Assembly (NCBI GenBank): GCA_048624115.1
Contig: JBMCTC010000002.1
Location: 1 to 34,201, forward strand
From: Spirochaetota bacterium
GTDB taxonomy: Bacteria; Spirochaetota; Spirochaetia; DSM-27196; SLST01
Direction of reading: 5' to 3'
Length of the DNA stretch: 34,201 nt
Both the position numbers and the translations under genes were made by a program. Under the pieces are notes generated by a model. The model ran no database searches. It was not told the origin of the DNA and worked only from the letters and a program-made list of their open reading frames with translations. Below, in pieces: positions 17,174 through 25,295 of this stretch; the stretch's first letter is position 1, and every line of letters begins with the position of its first letter.

Positions 17174-18052
17174 ATGGACCACCTAACGCTGCTCGAAAAC
17201 AAGAGCGTCTACGTCCTTCGCGAGGCGTATGCGAATTTTCGTGACCTCGCGATGCTCTGGTCAATCGGCAAGGACTCTACCGTCTTGCTCTGGTTGGCCC
17301 GCAAAGCGTTTTTTGGTCACGTGCCCTTCCCTCTCATTCACATCGACACCGGGTACAAGATCCCGGAAATGATCCGTTACCGCGACCGGCTCACCAGCGA
17401 GTGGGGCTTGACCATGATTGTCGGTCAGGACGAGGATTCGCTTCGAACCAAGCAAACGTATCCGGAGGGCAAGAAGACTCGCCTGGAGTGCTGTAAGGCA
17501 CTGAAGAGTCAGACCCTTGAGCGAACCCTCAACGCGACGGGCCCGAGAAAGATCTTTGACCAAGCCAAGAACGGCTACGTGCCGGAGACCAGCGGACAGG
17601 TGTTTTCCGGAGTTATTGCAGGCGTCCGGGCCGACGAAGAGGGTTCTCGGAGCAAGGAGCGTTACTTCTCGCCTCGGACCGGGACAAACGATTGGGAAAT
17701 CGCCGATCAACCGCCGGAGTTCTGGAACCACTATAAGACGGAGTTCGCCCCCGGCACCCATGTTCGGATTCACCCGCTGCTCGACTGGACCGAGCTCAAC
17801 ATCTGGGAGTACATCAACGCCGAGTCAATACCAACCGTCGACCTCTACTACGACCGGGGCAACGGCACCCGCTATCGATCACTTGGCTGCCAGCCCTGCA
17901 CCTTTCCCATAGAGAGCACGGCGAAGAACCCGGCGGACATTATTGCCGAGCTCAAATCGGGCAATCTCAAGAACATCGCCGAACGCAGCGGCCGCGCCCA
18001 GGACGCGGAAGACGGCGGTCTCGAGACCTTGCGCAAATCAGGATACATGTAA
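17174..18052 (+). CDS. cysD: Sulfate adenylyltransferase subunit 2
   Basis: 292 aa. PP-loop motif [17 protein letters not shown], then [11 protein letters not shown], and the conserved C-terminal LRKSGYM. The stop overlaps the cysN ATG (TAATG). Confidence 0.95.
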   Translation: MDHLTLLENKSVYVLREAYANFRDLAMLWSIGKDSTVLLWLARKAFFGHVPFPLIHIDTGYKIPEMIRYRDRLTSEWGLTMIVGQDEDSLRTKQTYPEGKKTRLECCKALKSQTLERTLNATGPRKIFDQAKNGYVPETSGQVFSGVIAGVRADEEGSRSKERYFSPRTGTNDWEIADQPPEFWNHYKTEFAPGTHVRIHPLLDWTELNIWEYINAESIPTVDLYYDRGNGTRYRSLGCQPCTFPIESTAKNPADIIAELKSGNLKNIAERSGRAQDAEDGGLETLRKSGYM

Positions 18053-19935
18053 TGAACCCGAGCACCACGACGAAAGGCGGGAACACATCAGCCTATCCTC
18101 GGTTGGCGGCCGACAGAGAGCCCAGTGGCCCCATGAGCGAAGATCGGCCCACCCTGCAACTTGTCGTTGTTGGTCACGTCGATCACGGAAAAAGTACAAT
18201 TGTTGGGCGTATGCTCCACGATACCGGCTCGCTTCCAGAGGGAAAACTCGATGCGGTGCGCGCGCAGTGCGAGCGAAACTCGAAGCCGTTCGAGTACGCC
18301 TTCCTGATTGACGCCCTCAAGGAGGAGCAGTCGCAAGGCATTACGATAGACTCGGCACGCGTCTTCTTCTCTTCCCACCGCCGCGACTACATTCTCATCG
18401 ATGCGCCGGGCCACGTCGAGTTCCTGAAGAACATGGTCACCGGTGCGAGCCGAGCAGATGCCGGATTCCTCGTAATCGACGCCGCCGAGGGCATTCAGGA
18501 GAACAGCCGTCGACACGGATACCTGTTGGCAATGCTTGGCATCAAGCACTTTTCAGTGATTGTCAACAAGATGGACCTGATTGACTATGACCAGCGGATC
18601 TTCCGGCGCATTGTCAGGCGTTACCGCCGCTTTCTGAGGAGCATCTCGGTCCCAGCGGAGAACACGACCTTTATTCCGGTCAGCGGCATCGCCGGTGACA
18701 ATATCGCCGCCCGTAGCCCGCGGACGCCTTGGTACGAGGGAAAAACCGTGCTCGAGCAGCTCGACAGCTTTCCCGGAACGATCCCGAGCGATCAGCTGCC
18801 GGCCCGAATGCCGGTTCAGGGTGTTTACAAGTTTACCGCCTACGGGGACACGCGACGAATCATTGCAGGAAGCATTGCCGGCGGCACATTCTCGGTCGGC
18901 GAGGAGGTGGTCTTCTACCCCTCGGGTAAGCGCAGCCGCATACGAAGCTTCGAAGCGTTCTCAGCCGTGGCGCCGGAGACGATCACCGCACCACATGCCA
19001 CCGGGTTTTGCCTCGAAGATCAGATCTACGTCACGCGTGGCGAACTTGCAACACGCGGTAGCGACCCGCCGCCGACCGTGAGTAGCCGTCTCAAGGCGAA
19101 CATCTTTTGGCTTGGTCGCGAGGAGATGACCGAGGGCGTCGAGTACACCTTCAAGCTCGGAACGATGGCGCACAGCGTTCGCCTTCACCGTGTGATTCGT
19201 GTCTTGAGCGCCTCAAATCTCAAACCGAGCAAACGCAAACGGAGCGTGGAGCGTCACGACGTCGCGGAGGTGGAGCTTCGATTCGACGGCGATATCGCCT
19301 TTGACGAGGCGAATGTGCTACCGGCAACCGGACGCTTTGTCATTGTCAGCAACTACGACATCTGCGGTGGAGGCATTATCCAGGGGTCGGCAACCGACGA
19401 GGATGAGTGGATTCGCGAGAACGTGCGCCTTCGCAACTTTGCATGGCAGCGCAGTCTCATCCAGCCGCCGGAGCGTGCCGAGCGATACGGCCAGAAGAGT
19501 AGATTGATCGTGCTCCACGGTGACAATCCGGCTGAGACGACCTCGCTTGCCCATCAGCTCGAGCAACGGCTCTTCAACGAGGGCAAGCTCGTCTACTGCC
19601 TTGGCGCAGAGAACGTCGAACACGGCGTAAGTGCGGACCTGCAAGAGGTGCCGATGATACGCGAGGAGCACGTTCGACGCTTAGCCGAGGTCGCGCACCT
19701 CTTTTTGGACGCAGGAATCATGCTCATTGTATCGGGCATCAAGCTCACCGCCGCGGACATCGACGTGCTACGCGTGCCGGTAAACCCGGAGTCTATGCTC
19801 ATTGTCCAAGTCGGAGAACGACAAGCAAAGGGAATCGTGAATCACCTCGTGCTCGAAGGGGATTCCCGTGAATCATCGATCGAGAAGATAAAACGGGCTC
19901 TGAGGAAAACCGGAGCGATCTTCAGCCCGTATTGA
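18052..19935 (+). CDS. cysN: Sulfate adenylyltransferase subunit 1 (GTPase) fused to a degenerate APS-kinase-like C-terminal domain
   Basis: 627 aa. GTPase motifs GHVDHGKST, DAPGH and NKMD are followed by EF-Tu-like beta-barrel domains. Residues ~455-627 align by eye to CysC, but the P-loop GLSGSGKS is replaced by GDNPAETT and LDGDNVRHGL by LGAENVEHGV. Confidence 0.9.
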   Translation: MNPSTTTKGGNTSAYPRLAADREPSGPMSEDRPTLQLVVVGHVDHGKSTIVGRMLHDTGSLPEGKLDAVRAQCERNSKPFEYAFLIDALKEEQSQGITIDSARVFFSSHRRDYILIDAPGHVEFLKNMVTGASRADAGFLVIDAAEGIQENSRRHGYLLAMLGIKHFSVIVNKMDLIDYDQRIFRRIVRRYRRFLRSISVPAENTTFIPVSGIAGDNIAARSPRTPWYEGKTVLEQLDSFPGTIPSDQLPARMPVQGVYKFTAYGDTRRIIAGSIAGGTFSVGEEVVFYPSGKRSRIRSFEAFSAVAPETITAPHATGFCLEDQIYVTRGELATRGSDPPPTVSSRLKANIFWLGREEMTEGVEYTFKLGTMAHSVRLHRVIRVLSASNLKPSKRKRSVERHDVAEVELRFDGDIAFDEANVLPATGRFVIVSNYDICGGGIIQGSATDEDEWIRENVRLRNFAWQRSLIQPPERAERYGQKSRLIVLHGDNPAETTSLAHQLEQRLFNEGKLVYCLGAENVEHGVSADLQEVPMIREEHVRRLAEVAHLFLDAGIMLIVSGIKLTAADIDVLRVPVNPESMLIVQVGERQAKGIVNHLVLEGDSRESSIEKIKRALRKTGAIFSPY

Positions 19936-19962
19936 CTGAAGGGTCCATAGTGAGGGGGTGCC

Positions 19963-21237
19963 ATGCACTACAGTCTGAAGTGTCTGAGCACGGGAGCGGT
20001 GTTGACCGACGAGCTGCTCCCGTTGAGTAATCCTGCGGCGCAGGTTCCCGCGTTTCTGCGGGCAACATACAATAAGAGAGAGTTCAAACCGGGCACTGCC
20101 GACGCCGGCATTTACCGCTTTGCCGATTGGCTCCCGATTCGTCGAACGCTCGAAGGCTCGAGCGCTCCGACAACATACCGGAGCGAGGGGCTCGCCGAGC
20201 GAGTCGGACTCAAGAACCTCTTTATTACGTTTTCCGGCTACTGGCCCGAGCGGAATGCACTGATGCGAACAGGGACGTTCAAGGAGTGCGAGGCGTTTAG
20301 TGTCTGCGGACGAATGCCGGCGAATTACGACAAGACGCTTGTCGTCGCCTCGGCTGGGAACACGGCACGCGCGTTTATCCGGGTGTGCTCGGAGAACAAC
20401 ATACCGCTCCTCGTAGTTGTGCCCGAGCGTAATCTGCCCAACATCTGGAGCGTGGGCCCGGTCGGAGCAAACGTGAGGGTGGTTGCCGCCGGAGGCGATT
20501 CGGACTACTCCGACGCGATTGAGCTCTCGGGCATTTTTGCGTCGCTTCCCGGTTTTGCCGCGGAGGGCGGCGCGAAGAACGTCGCACGTCGGGACGGTAT
20601 GGGCACGACGGTTCTCTCTGCGGTTGAAGAGATCGGCGAGATTCCTCACCACTACTTTCAGGCGGTAGGCAGCGGTACCGGTGCCATTGCTGCATGGGAA
20701 GCCAATCTGAGGCTACTCGAAGCCGGCGACTACGGTGACCGTACGATGAGACTCCACGTGAGCCAAAATCTGCCCTTTACGCCGATTCATCTTGCCTGGA
20801 AGAAGCAATCGCGCGAGATTCCAAGCATGCCCGAGGCAAGCGCCCGTCGATTGATTCGACGCATAAGTGCGAAGGTTTTGGCAAACCGGAACCCGCCGTA
20901 CGCTCTGACCGGTGGGCTCTACGATGCATTGTACGAGACGCATGGTACCACCGCTGCCGTGGGGAACGTTGCAGCCGCCCGCGCCGCGCGAATCTTTCGG
21001 AGACTCGAGGGTGCGGACATCGCACCCGCGGCGGCAGTGGCGGTTGCAGATCTTATGCGTAGGGCCAGAACTGGATTAATAAAGGAAGATGAAATCGTGA
21101 TGCTCAACGTGACCGGCGGCGGCTACAAGGGCATACACAGGAGTGAGGATATTCGCCTCGTCGTTCCGGATGCAGTGGTTCATCGAGAAAACTTCCATCC
21201 GGAGGACGTGGCAAAAATCGCCCGTGAACTCTTTTGA
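19963..21237 (+). CDS. Threonine-synthase-fold PLP enzyme, cysteate synthase-like (candidate O-phosphoserine + sulfite -> L-cysteate)
   Basis: 424 aa. PLP-Lys region MRTGTFKECEAFSV (FKE rather than the FKD of threonine synthases). FSGYWPERNALM lies just upstream, with ASAGNTARAF and a GSGTGAIAAW glycine loop. N-terminus MHYSLKCLSTG..LTD. It is embedded between cysN and an alpha-oxoamine synthase. Confidence 0.65.
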   Translation: MHYSLKCLSTGAVLTDELLPLSNPAAQVPAFLRATYNKREFKPGTADAGIYRFADWLPIRRTLEGSSAPTTYRSEGLAERVGLKNLFITFSGYWPERNALMRTGTFKECEAFSVCGRMPANYDKTLVVASAGNTARAFIRVCSENNIPLLVVVPERNLPNIWSVGPVGANVRVVAAGGDSDYSDAIELSGIFASLPGFAAEGGAKNVARRDGMGTTVLSAVEEIGEIPHHYFQAVGSGTGAIAAWEANLRLLEAGDYGDRTMRLHVSQNLPFTPIHLAWKKQSREIPSMPEASARRLIRRISAKVLANRNPPYALTGGLYDALYETHGTTAAVGNVAAARAARIFRRLEGADIAPAAAVAVADLMRRARTGLIKEDEIVMLNVTGGGYKGIHRSEDIRLVVPDAVVHRENFHPEDVAKIARELF

Positions 21238-21256
21238 TATCAGCAAGGAGCAGTAT

Positions 21257-22549
21257 ATGGATCAGACAGCAGTTGTAACTGAGTCACGCGATCTCTTCGA
21301 GAAGTGCCGCAGCGACGGCGGCTACTTTGGTCTCATGAGAGCCCAAGACGATCACTACTTCACCCGACCGATTCTCCCACCAAAACCGGGCCGTCGAATG
21401 GAGTTCGACGGAATGCAGACGGTAATGTGGAGCGTGAATAACTACCTCGGGCTTGCAGGACACCCCGAGGTGCAGAAATCGGCACTCGAGGCGGTGCAAG
21501 AGTTTGGGGTAAGCTCGCCGATGGGTTCGAGGATGATGACGGGAAACACGCCCTATCACCTCGAGTTCGAAGACGCGCTTGCCTCGTTCACCCAGAAAGA
21601 GGCCGCGTTTCTCTTTAACTACGGCTACCTCGGCGTGTTGGGCACGATCCAGTCTCTCGTGGGGCCGGACGATGTCATCGTGATGGACAAGCTCGCCCAC
21701 GCATGTATCGTGGACGGGGCGTTCCTCTCTCGCGGTCAGCTTCGCGTATTCAAGCACAACAACGCCGATAGCCTCGAAACCGTCCTGAAAGCGGTCAACC
21801 GCAAGCGCAAGGGTGGCGTATTGATCCTTACCGAGGGCGTCTACGGCATGACCGGCGACCTCGCCATCCTCCCCGATGTGGCACGACTGGCACGCCAGTA
21901 CGATGCGCGCGTCTTTGTGGATGACGCGCACGGTTGGGGCGTAATGGGCGAACAGGGCCGCGGTACCGCCGACCACCTCGGAGTCCAGGACGATATCGAC
22001 GTCTACTTTGGCACCTTCGCCAAGTCGTTCGCCTCGATCGGCGGCTTCTCGGCATCGAAGCGAGAGGTAATCGATTGGATCGCCTATAACGCCCGGACAC
22101 AGGTCTTTGCAAAGAGTCTTCCAATGGTGTACGTCCAGAGCTTGCGCACGACGCTCGACCTCGTTCGGAACGCAGACGCCAACCGCGAGAAAATGTGGGC
22201 AAACAGCAACCTGCTCAAGGAGGGGCTTCGAGAGCTCGGCTTCTTTGTCGGTCCGGGCGAATCACCAATCTGTTCGGTCTTTGTGCCCGTCCGCGAAGAG
22301 ACCGTGGAAGCGGTTGGCGTTCGCACCGTCGGCTACCTGCGCAAGAACGGTATCTTCGTGACGGCAATCACCTACCCTGTCATTCCGTTGGGCCTGCTGA
22401 TGTATCGAATGATTCCAACCGCCGACCACGAGCCGGAGGACGTCGCACAGACGATCGAGGTCTTCAGAAAAATGCGAGACGAGGTGAACCTCGACACGTC
22501 GATCACGGGAGAGGACAAGGTCAAAGTCGATAAGGTTTTTGGGGCATAG
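21257..22549 (+). CDS. Alpha-oxoamine synthase family PLP enzyme (candidate cysteate-C-acyltransferase; BioF/SPT-like)
   Basis: 430 aa from the ATG at 21257, which has AAGGAG 8 nt upstream. The ORF-track start at 21143 overlaps the preceding gene. AOS motifs: VNNYLGLAGHPEV, GYLGVLGTIQSLV, DDAHGWG, and the PLP-Lys block GTFAKSFASIGG. Confidence 0.85.
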   Translation: MDQTAVVTESRDLFEKCRSDGGYFGLMRAQDDHYFTRPILPPKPGRRMEFDGMQTVMWSVNNYLGLAGHPEVQKSALEAVQEFGVSSPMGSRMMTGNTPYHLEFEDALASFTQKEAAFLFNYGYLGVLGTIQSLVGPDDVIVMDKLAHACIVDGAFLSRGQLRVFKHNNADSLETVLKAVNRKRKGGVLILTEGVYGMTGDLAILPDVARLARQYDARVFVDDAHGWGVMGEQGRGTADHLGVQDDIDVYFGTFAKSFASIGGFSASKREVIDWIAYNARTQVFAKSLPMVYVQSLRTTLDLVRNADANREKMWANSNLLKEGLRELGFFVGPGESPICSVFVPVREETVEAVGVRTVGYLRKNGIFVTAITYPVIPLGLLMYRMIPTADHEPEDVAQTIEVFRKMRDEVNLDTSITGEDKVKVDKVFGA

Positions 22550-23315
22550 CGTGCAGCGAGAGCCGCGCAAACGAAGCGACCTCGCCCGCCTCGATCAAGC
22601 GAGCGAGGGACTCGATACCGGCGATCTCCTCGCGTTCCTCTGCGATCGAATCGCGCCGGGAACCGTGAAGCTCGCCTCGAGCCTCGGCGCCGAGGATCAG
22701 GTTCTCACCCACATAATTGCGGAGCGAGCCTTGCCGATTACGGTGCTTACCCTCGACACGGGGAGGCTCTTTCCAGAGAGCTACGATCTCATGGCACGAA
22801 CGCGTGCGATGGGTGTTTCATTCGAGGTTGTCTTTCCCGACGGCCCTGCCGTCGAGGAGATGGTGCGCGCGCACGGCGTGAATCTCTTCCGGGACAGCGT
22901 CGAGTTACGCAAGCGTTGCTGTGGTATCCGAAAGGTGGATCCACTCAACAGAGCGCTCGCCGGGTGTAGTGCATGGGTCACCGGAATGAGACGCGAGCAA
23001 GCGGTTACGCGAGGTGAGATTTCGCGACTCGAATGGGATGCCGACCGGGAAATGCTCAAGGTGAATCCGCTCGCCGACTGGTCGGAGGATGAGGTATGGC
23101 AGTACGTGCGGGAGCACGACGTGCCCTATCATCCTCTTCACGACGAGGGATTTCCCTCAATTGGCTGCGCGCCGTGCACCCGAGCAGTCAAGCCGGGCGA
23201 GGATCCGCGTGCGGGTCGTTGGTGGTGGGAATCACCGGAGCACAAGGAGTGCGGTCTCCACGTGCGTGCAGCGACTGCGCAATCGTACGTGAACGTGAAA
23301 CACCTCGACTCGTAG
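22539..23315 (+). CDS. cysH: Assimilatory adenylyl-sulfate (APS) reductase, Fe-S cluster type (CysH family)
   Basis: CysH fold with C-terminal KECGLH. It also has the two Cys pairs typical of APS-specific enzymes (RKRCCGIRKV and SIGCAPCT). The start is TTG 22539 (11-nt overlap) or GTG 22551 (1 nt after the upstream stop). Confidence 0.9.
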   Translation: MGHSVQREPRKRSDLARLDQASEGLDTGDLLAFLCDRIAPGTVKLASSLGAEDQVLTHIIAERALPITVLTLDTGRLFPESYDLMARTRAMGVSFEVVFPDGPAVEEMVRAHGVNLFRDSVELRKRCCGIRKVDPLNRALAGCSAWVTGMRREQAVTRGEISRLEWDADREMLKVNPLADWSEDEVWQYVREHDVPYHPLHDEGFPSIGCAPCTRAVKPGEDPRAGRWWWESPEHKECGLHVRAATAQSYVNVKHLDS

Positions 23316-23326
23316 CAAAGCCGGGG

Positions 23327-23353
23327 GGGCGAGTCCTACCTTCGAACTCGCCC
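23327..23353. terminator. GC-rich hairpin between convergent operons (possible bidirectional terminator)
   Basis: GGGCGAGT (23327-23334) pairs perfectly with ACTCGCCC (23346-23353), with an 11-nt loop. It lies between the cysH stop (23315) and the VOC-gene stop (23336-23338), overlapping the latter. No U-tract on either side. Confidence 0.35.
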
Positions 23354-24391
23354 GAGACCGAGGAGTTTGATCATCCATCGAGGTAACGACTTCTTCGGAT
23401 CACGCTTGGTAAGGTCCAAACTCAGGCCGAGCGACTTCATAAGCGGCACCTTGTGAGTCTCTACGAACTCGATCAGCGTACCGTCGTGGTCCTCTATGTA
23501 GCTAAAGCGACCACCGGCGCTTCCCATGTCAAAGGTGTTTGCGCTATCAACGGTAAAAGCCCGCCCCATCGAGGCGCACGCCGCTGCGAGCGCGTCCATA
23601 CCCTGAACATCAAAACAGAGGTGAATAAAGCCGAGATCGCCCCAATAGCGATCGGCGAAGATCTTCTTGCCCTTCCCGCTGGTGAGTTGCACTAATTCGA
23701 TTGTGCTGGTTCCCATGAGCTCTGCAAAAGGACCTCGGCGTGGCTGCGAATGCGTGAGGAGGACGCGGCGGAACTCCGCTCCCCCCTTTGGCAAGTCGGC
23801 AAAATCGGCGTGCGAGCCGGTCACATCGTAGACCACCGCGTCATACCCGAGAATCTTCTGATAGAGCGGCAACGCGGCGTCGATGTCCGAGCTGCCGATG
23901 ATCGCACCTGCGACGCCTCCCACGGCGGCAGGTTTTCCAAACCAATCGGCGGCTTCCATAATGCAAAAGAGATTACCCTGCGGGTCGAGGGCAAAGATAC
24001 GCTCATCCCCGTCAGGGGCTTCGGTGGGCGGAACGAGAATGGCCGCCCCCGCCTCGGTCAGCTTCGCATGAGCGAGGCGGATATCGCTTGTCTTGAGCAC
24101 GCCGGCAAAGATCCCGGTATCGCCGAGAACCGGTGGCTCTTTCGGGGCCACCGGCGTCCGGCTGGTGAACTGCCAGATCTCAAAGCCCGAGCCTCCGCTC
24201 AAGTTGAGCGCGAGGACAGCGTTCCGTTTATGGACTGCACTGCCGGTGTAGCGTGTCATAAGCGGCGCCTCCGCCTCGTCTTGAAAAACCGGGACGTCGA
24301 GTCCAAATGCGATCCGGTACCACGCCCAAGCCGAAGAGACGTCGCGAACGCCGACGCCGAGCTGCTGAATGCCGCTGATCGTGTAGTCCAT
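23336..24391 (-). CDS. VOC (glyoxalase/bleomycin-resistance/dioxygenase) superfamily protein, multi-domain
   Basis: 351 aa. Repeated beta-alpha-beta-beta-beta VOC-like modules start at ISGIQQLGVGVRDVSSAWAWY, at GAIIGSSDIDAALPLYQKILGY, and at the GFIHLCFDVQGMDAL region. The ATG lies 4 nt after the stop of the upstream DUF1295-like gene. Confidence 0.75.
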   Translation of the reverse strand: MDYTISGIQQLGVGVRDVSSAWAWYRIAFGLDVPVFQDEAEAPLMTRYTGSAVHKRNAVLALNLSGGSGFEIWQFTSRTPVAPKEPPVLGDTGIFAGVLKTSDIRLAHAKLTEAGAAILVPPTEAPDGDERIFALDPQGNLFCIMEAADWFGKPAAVGGVAGAIIGSSDIDAALPLYQKILGYDAVVYDVTGSHADFADLPKGGAEFRRVLLTHSQPRRGPFAELMGTSTIELVQLTSGKGKKIFADRYWGDLGFIHLCFDVQGMDALAAACASMGRAFTVDSANTFDMGSAGGRFSYIEDHDGTLIEFVETHKVPLMKSLGLSLDLTKRDPKKSLPRWMIKLLGLGRVRR

Positions 24392-24395
24392 ACGG

Positions 24396-25295
24396 TTAGT
24401 ATACTGAAGCGTCGCCGTTACGTTCGGCCTCGGCGGCGTCGATTTCTCTACTCGCGAGACGGCGGTTCATCATGGGGATCGAGATACCCAGGAACATCGC
24501 CGTCATCGCCACAGGTCCGACGAGGGTCCAGAGTTCCACGCCGGCCGCGTACGAGAGCGCCCAAACGCCCCACCAAAAGAGCATCTCGCCAATGTAGTTT
24601 GGATGGCGAACAACGCCCCAGATTCCAGTTCGCAAGATCTTGCCCCCGGTTGAGGGGTCACTTCGAAACGCGGCGAGCTGATTGTCGGCCACCCATTCGA
24701 GACCAATCGCAGCTGTGAGCAGCAGCCCGCCTGCGACGAGCGTAAGCATCGAAAACGGGTCGGCCATTGATGCGGTTCTCTGAAGTGCAAAGGCAACCGG
24801 CACGAGCCCAACGAAGACGATAAGCGTCGGGAAAAAGTGAACTCCGATAAAGTCGATCACGATTTCCGCGCGGCCAAACTGCCCTTTGAGCATGCCGTAT
24901 CGCCAATCCTCGTCGCCGAATCCGTGCCAACGCCGTACCCAGTTCGCCGTCAGACGCACGCTCCACACGACGAAGGCGAGAAGCAGCAACGAGAGCCAGA
25001 GCACGGCACCCGTCGAGCTTCCCTCGAACGCCGCGCCGATTCCGCCTCGGTAGGCTGCAATCCAAAAGAGCACGATCACAGGCGGCGCGAGACTCCAGTA
25101 CGGATCGTACATGCTCGAGTTGCCGGACAGCCGACTCGCAACAAATACAAAGAGCGTGGCCGCCGCGTCTGCCCAGAGCGCGCGCTCGACGGGTGAGCGG
25201 TCACGCAGCCAGAGAACGACTGCCGCGCCGACAACGAATGCGGCCACGTAGGTAAAGAACACCGCGACGAGCGCTCGCCTCTTCTCACGCACCAT
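24396..25295 (-). CDS. DUF1295 / steroid-5-alpha-reductase-like polytopic membrane protein
   Basis: About 299 aa with 6-8 TM segments. The C-terminal signature [24 protein letters not shown] is shared by DUF1295, ICMT-like and sterol/polyprenol reductase families. ATG at 25295 overlaps the kbl 3' end by 11 nt; the track start at 25313 overlaps by 29 nt. Confidence 0.75.
   Translation of the reverse strand: MVREKRRALVAVFFTYVAAFVVGAAVVLWLRDRSPVERALWADAAATLFVFVASRLSGNSSMYDPYWSLAPPVIVLFWIAAYRGGIGAAFEGSSTGAVLWLSLLLLAFVVWSVRLTANWVRRWHGFGDEDWRYGMLKGQFGRAEIVIDFIGVHFFPTLIVFVGLVPVAFALQRTASMADPFSMLTLVAGGLLLTAAIGLEWVADNQLAAFRSDPSTGGKILRTGIWGVVRHPNYIGEMLFWWGVWALSYAAGVELWTLVGPVAMTAMFLGISIPMMNRRLASREIDAAEAERNGDASVY

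Noticed and set aside
16756-17202. N-terminal 149-codon extension of the 356-aa minus-strand ORF
   Set aside because: The internal ATG at 16755 yields a textbook signal peptide. The extension overlaps the plus-strand DUF2007-like ORF and the cysD start, and has no protein-like features.
19963-21237. Reading this gene as an ordinary threonine synthase (thrC)
   Set aside because: This is not fully excluded. I disfavour it because of the FKE-type lysine motif, the GYWPE block and the sulfur-assimilation/AOS context with no thrA/thrB. An HMM comparison is needed to settle it.
21143-21256. Upstream extension of the AOS ORF. Analogous extensions occur at 30330-30362 (rpsB), 31366-31410 (tsf), 32219-32272 (frr) and 27690-27734 (PRC-barrel gene).
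   Set aside because: In each case an in-frame ATG with a strong GGAGG-type Shine-Dalgarno gives the conserved family N-terminus. The extensions overlap upstream genes or promoter elements.
23750-24718. 322-aa plus-strand ORF
   Set aside because: It is antisense to the VOC and DUF1295-like genes. The product is extremely Arg/Pro-rich and spans two minus-strand genes, so it is a shadow ORF.
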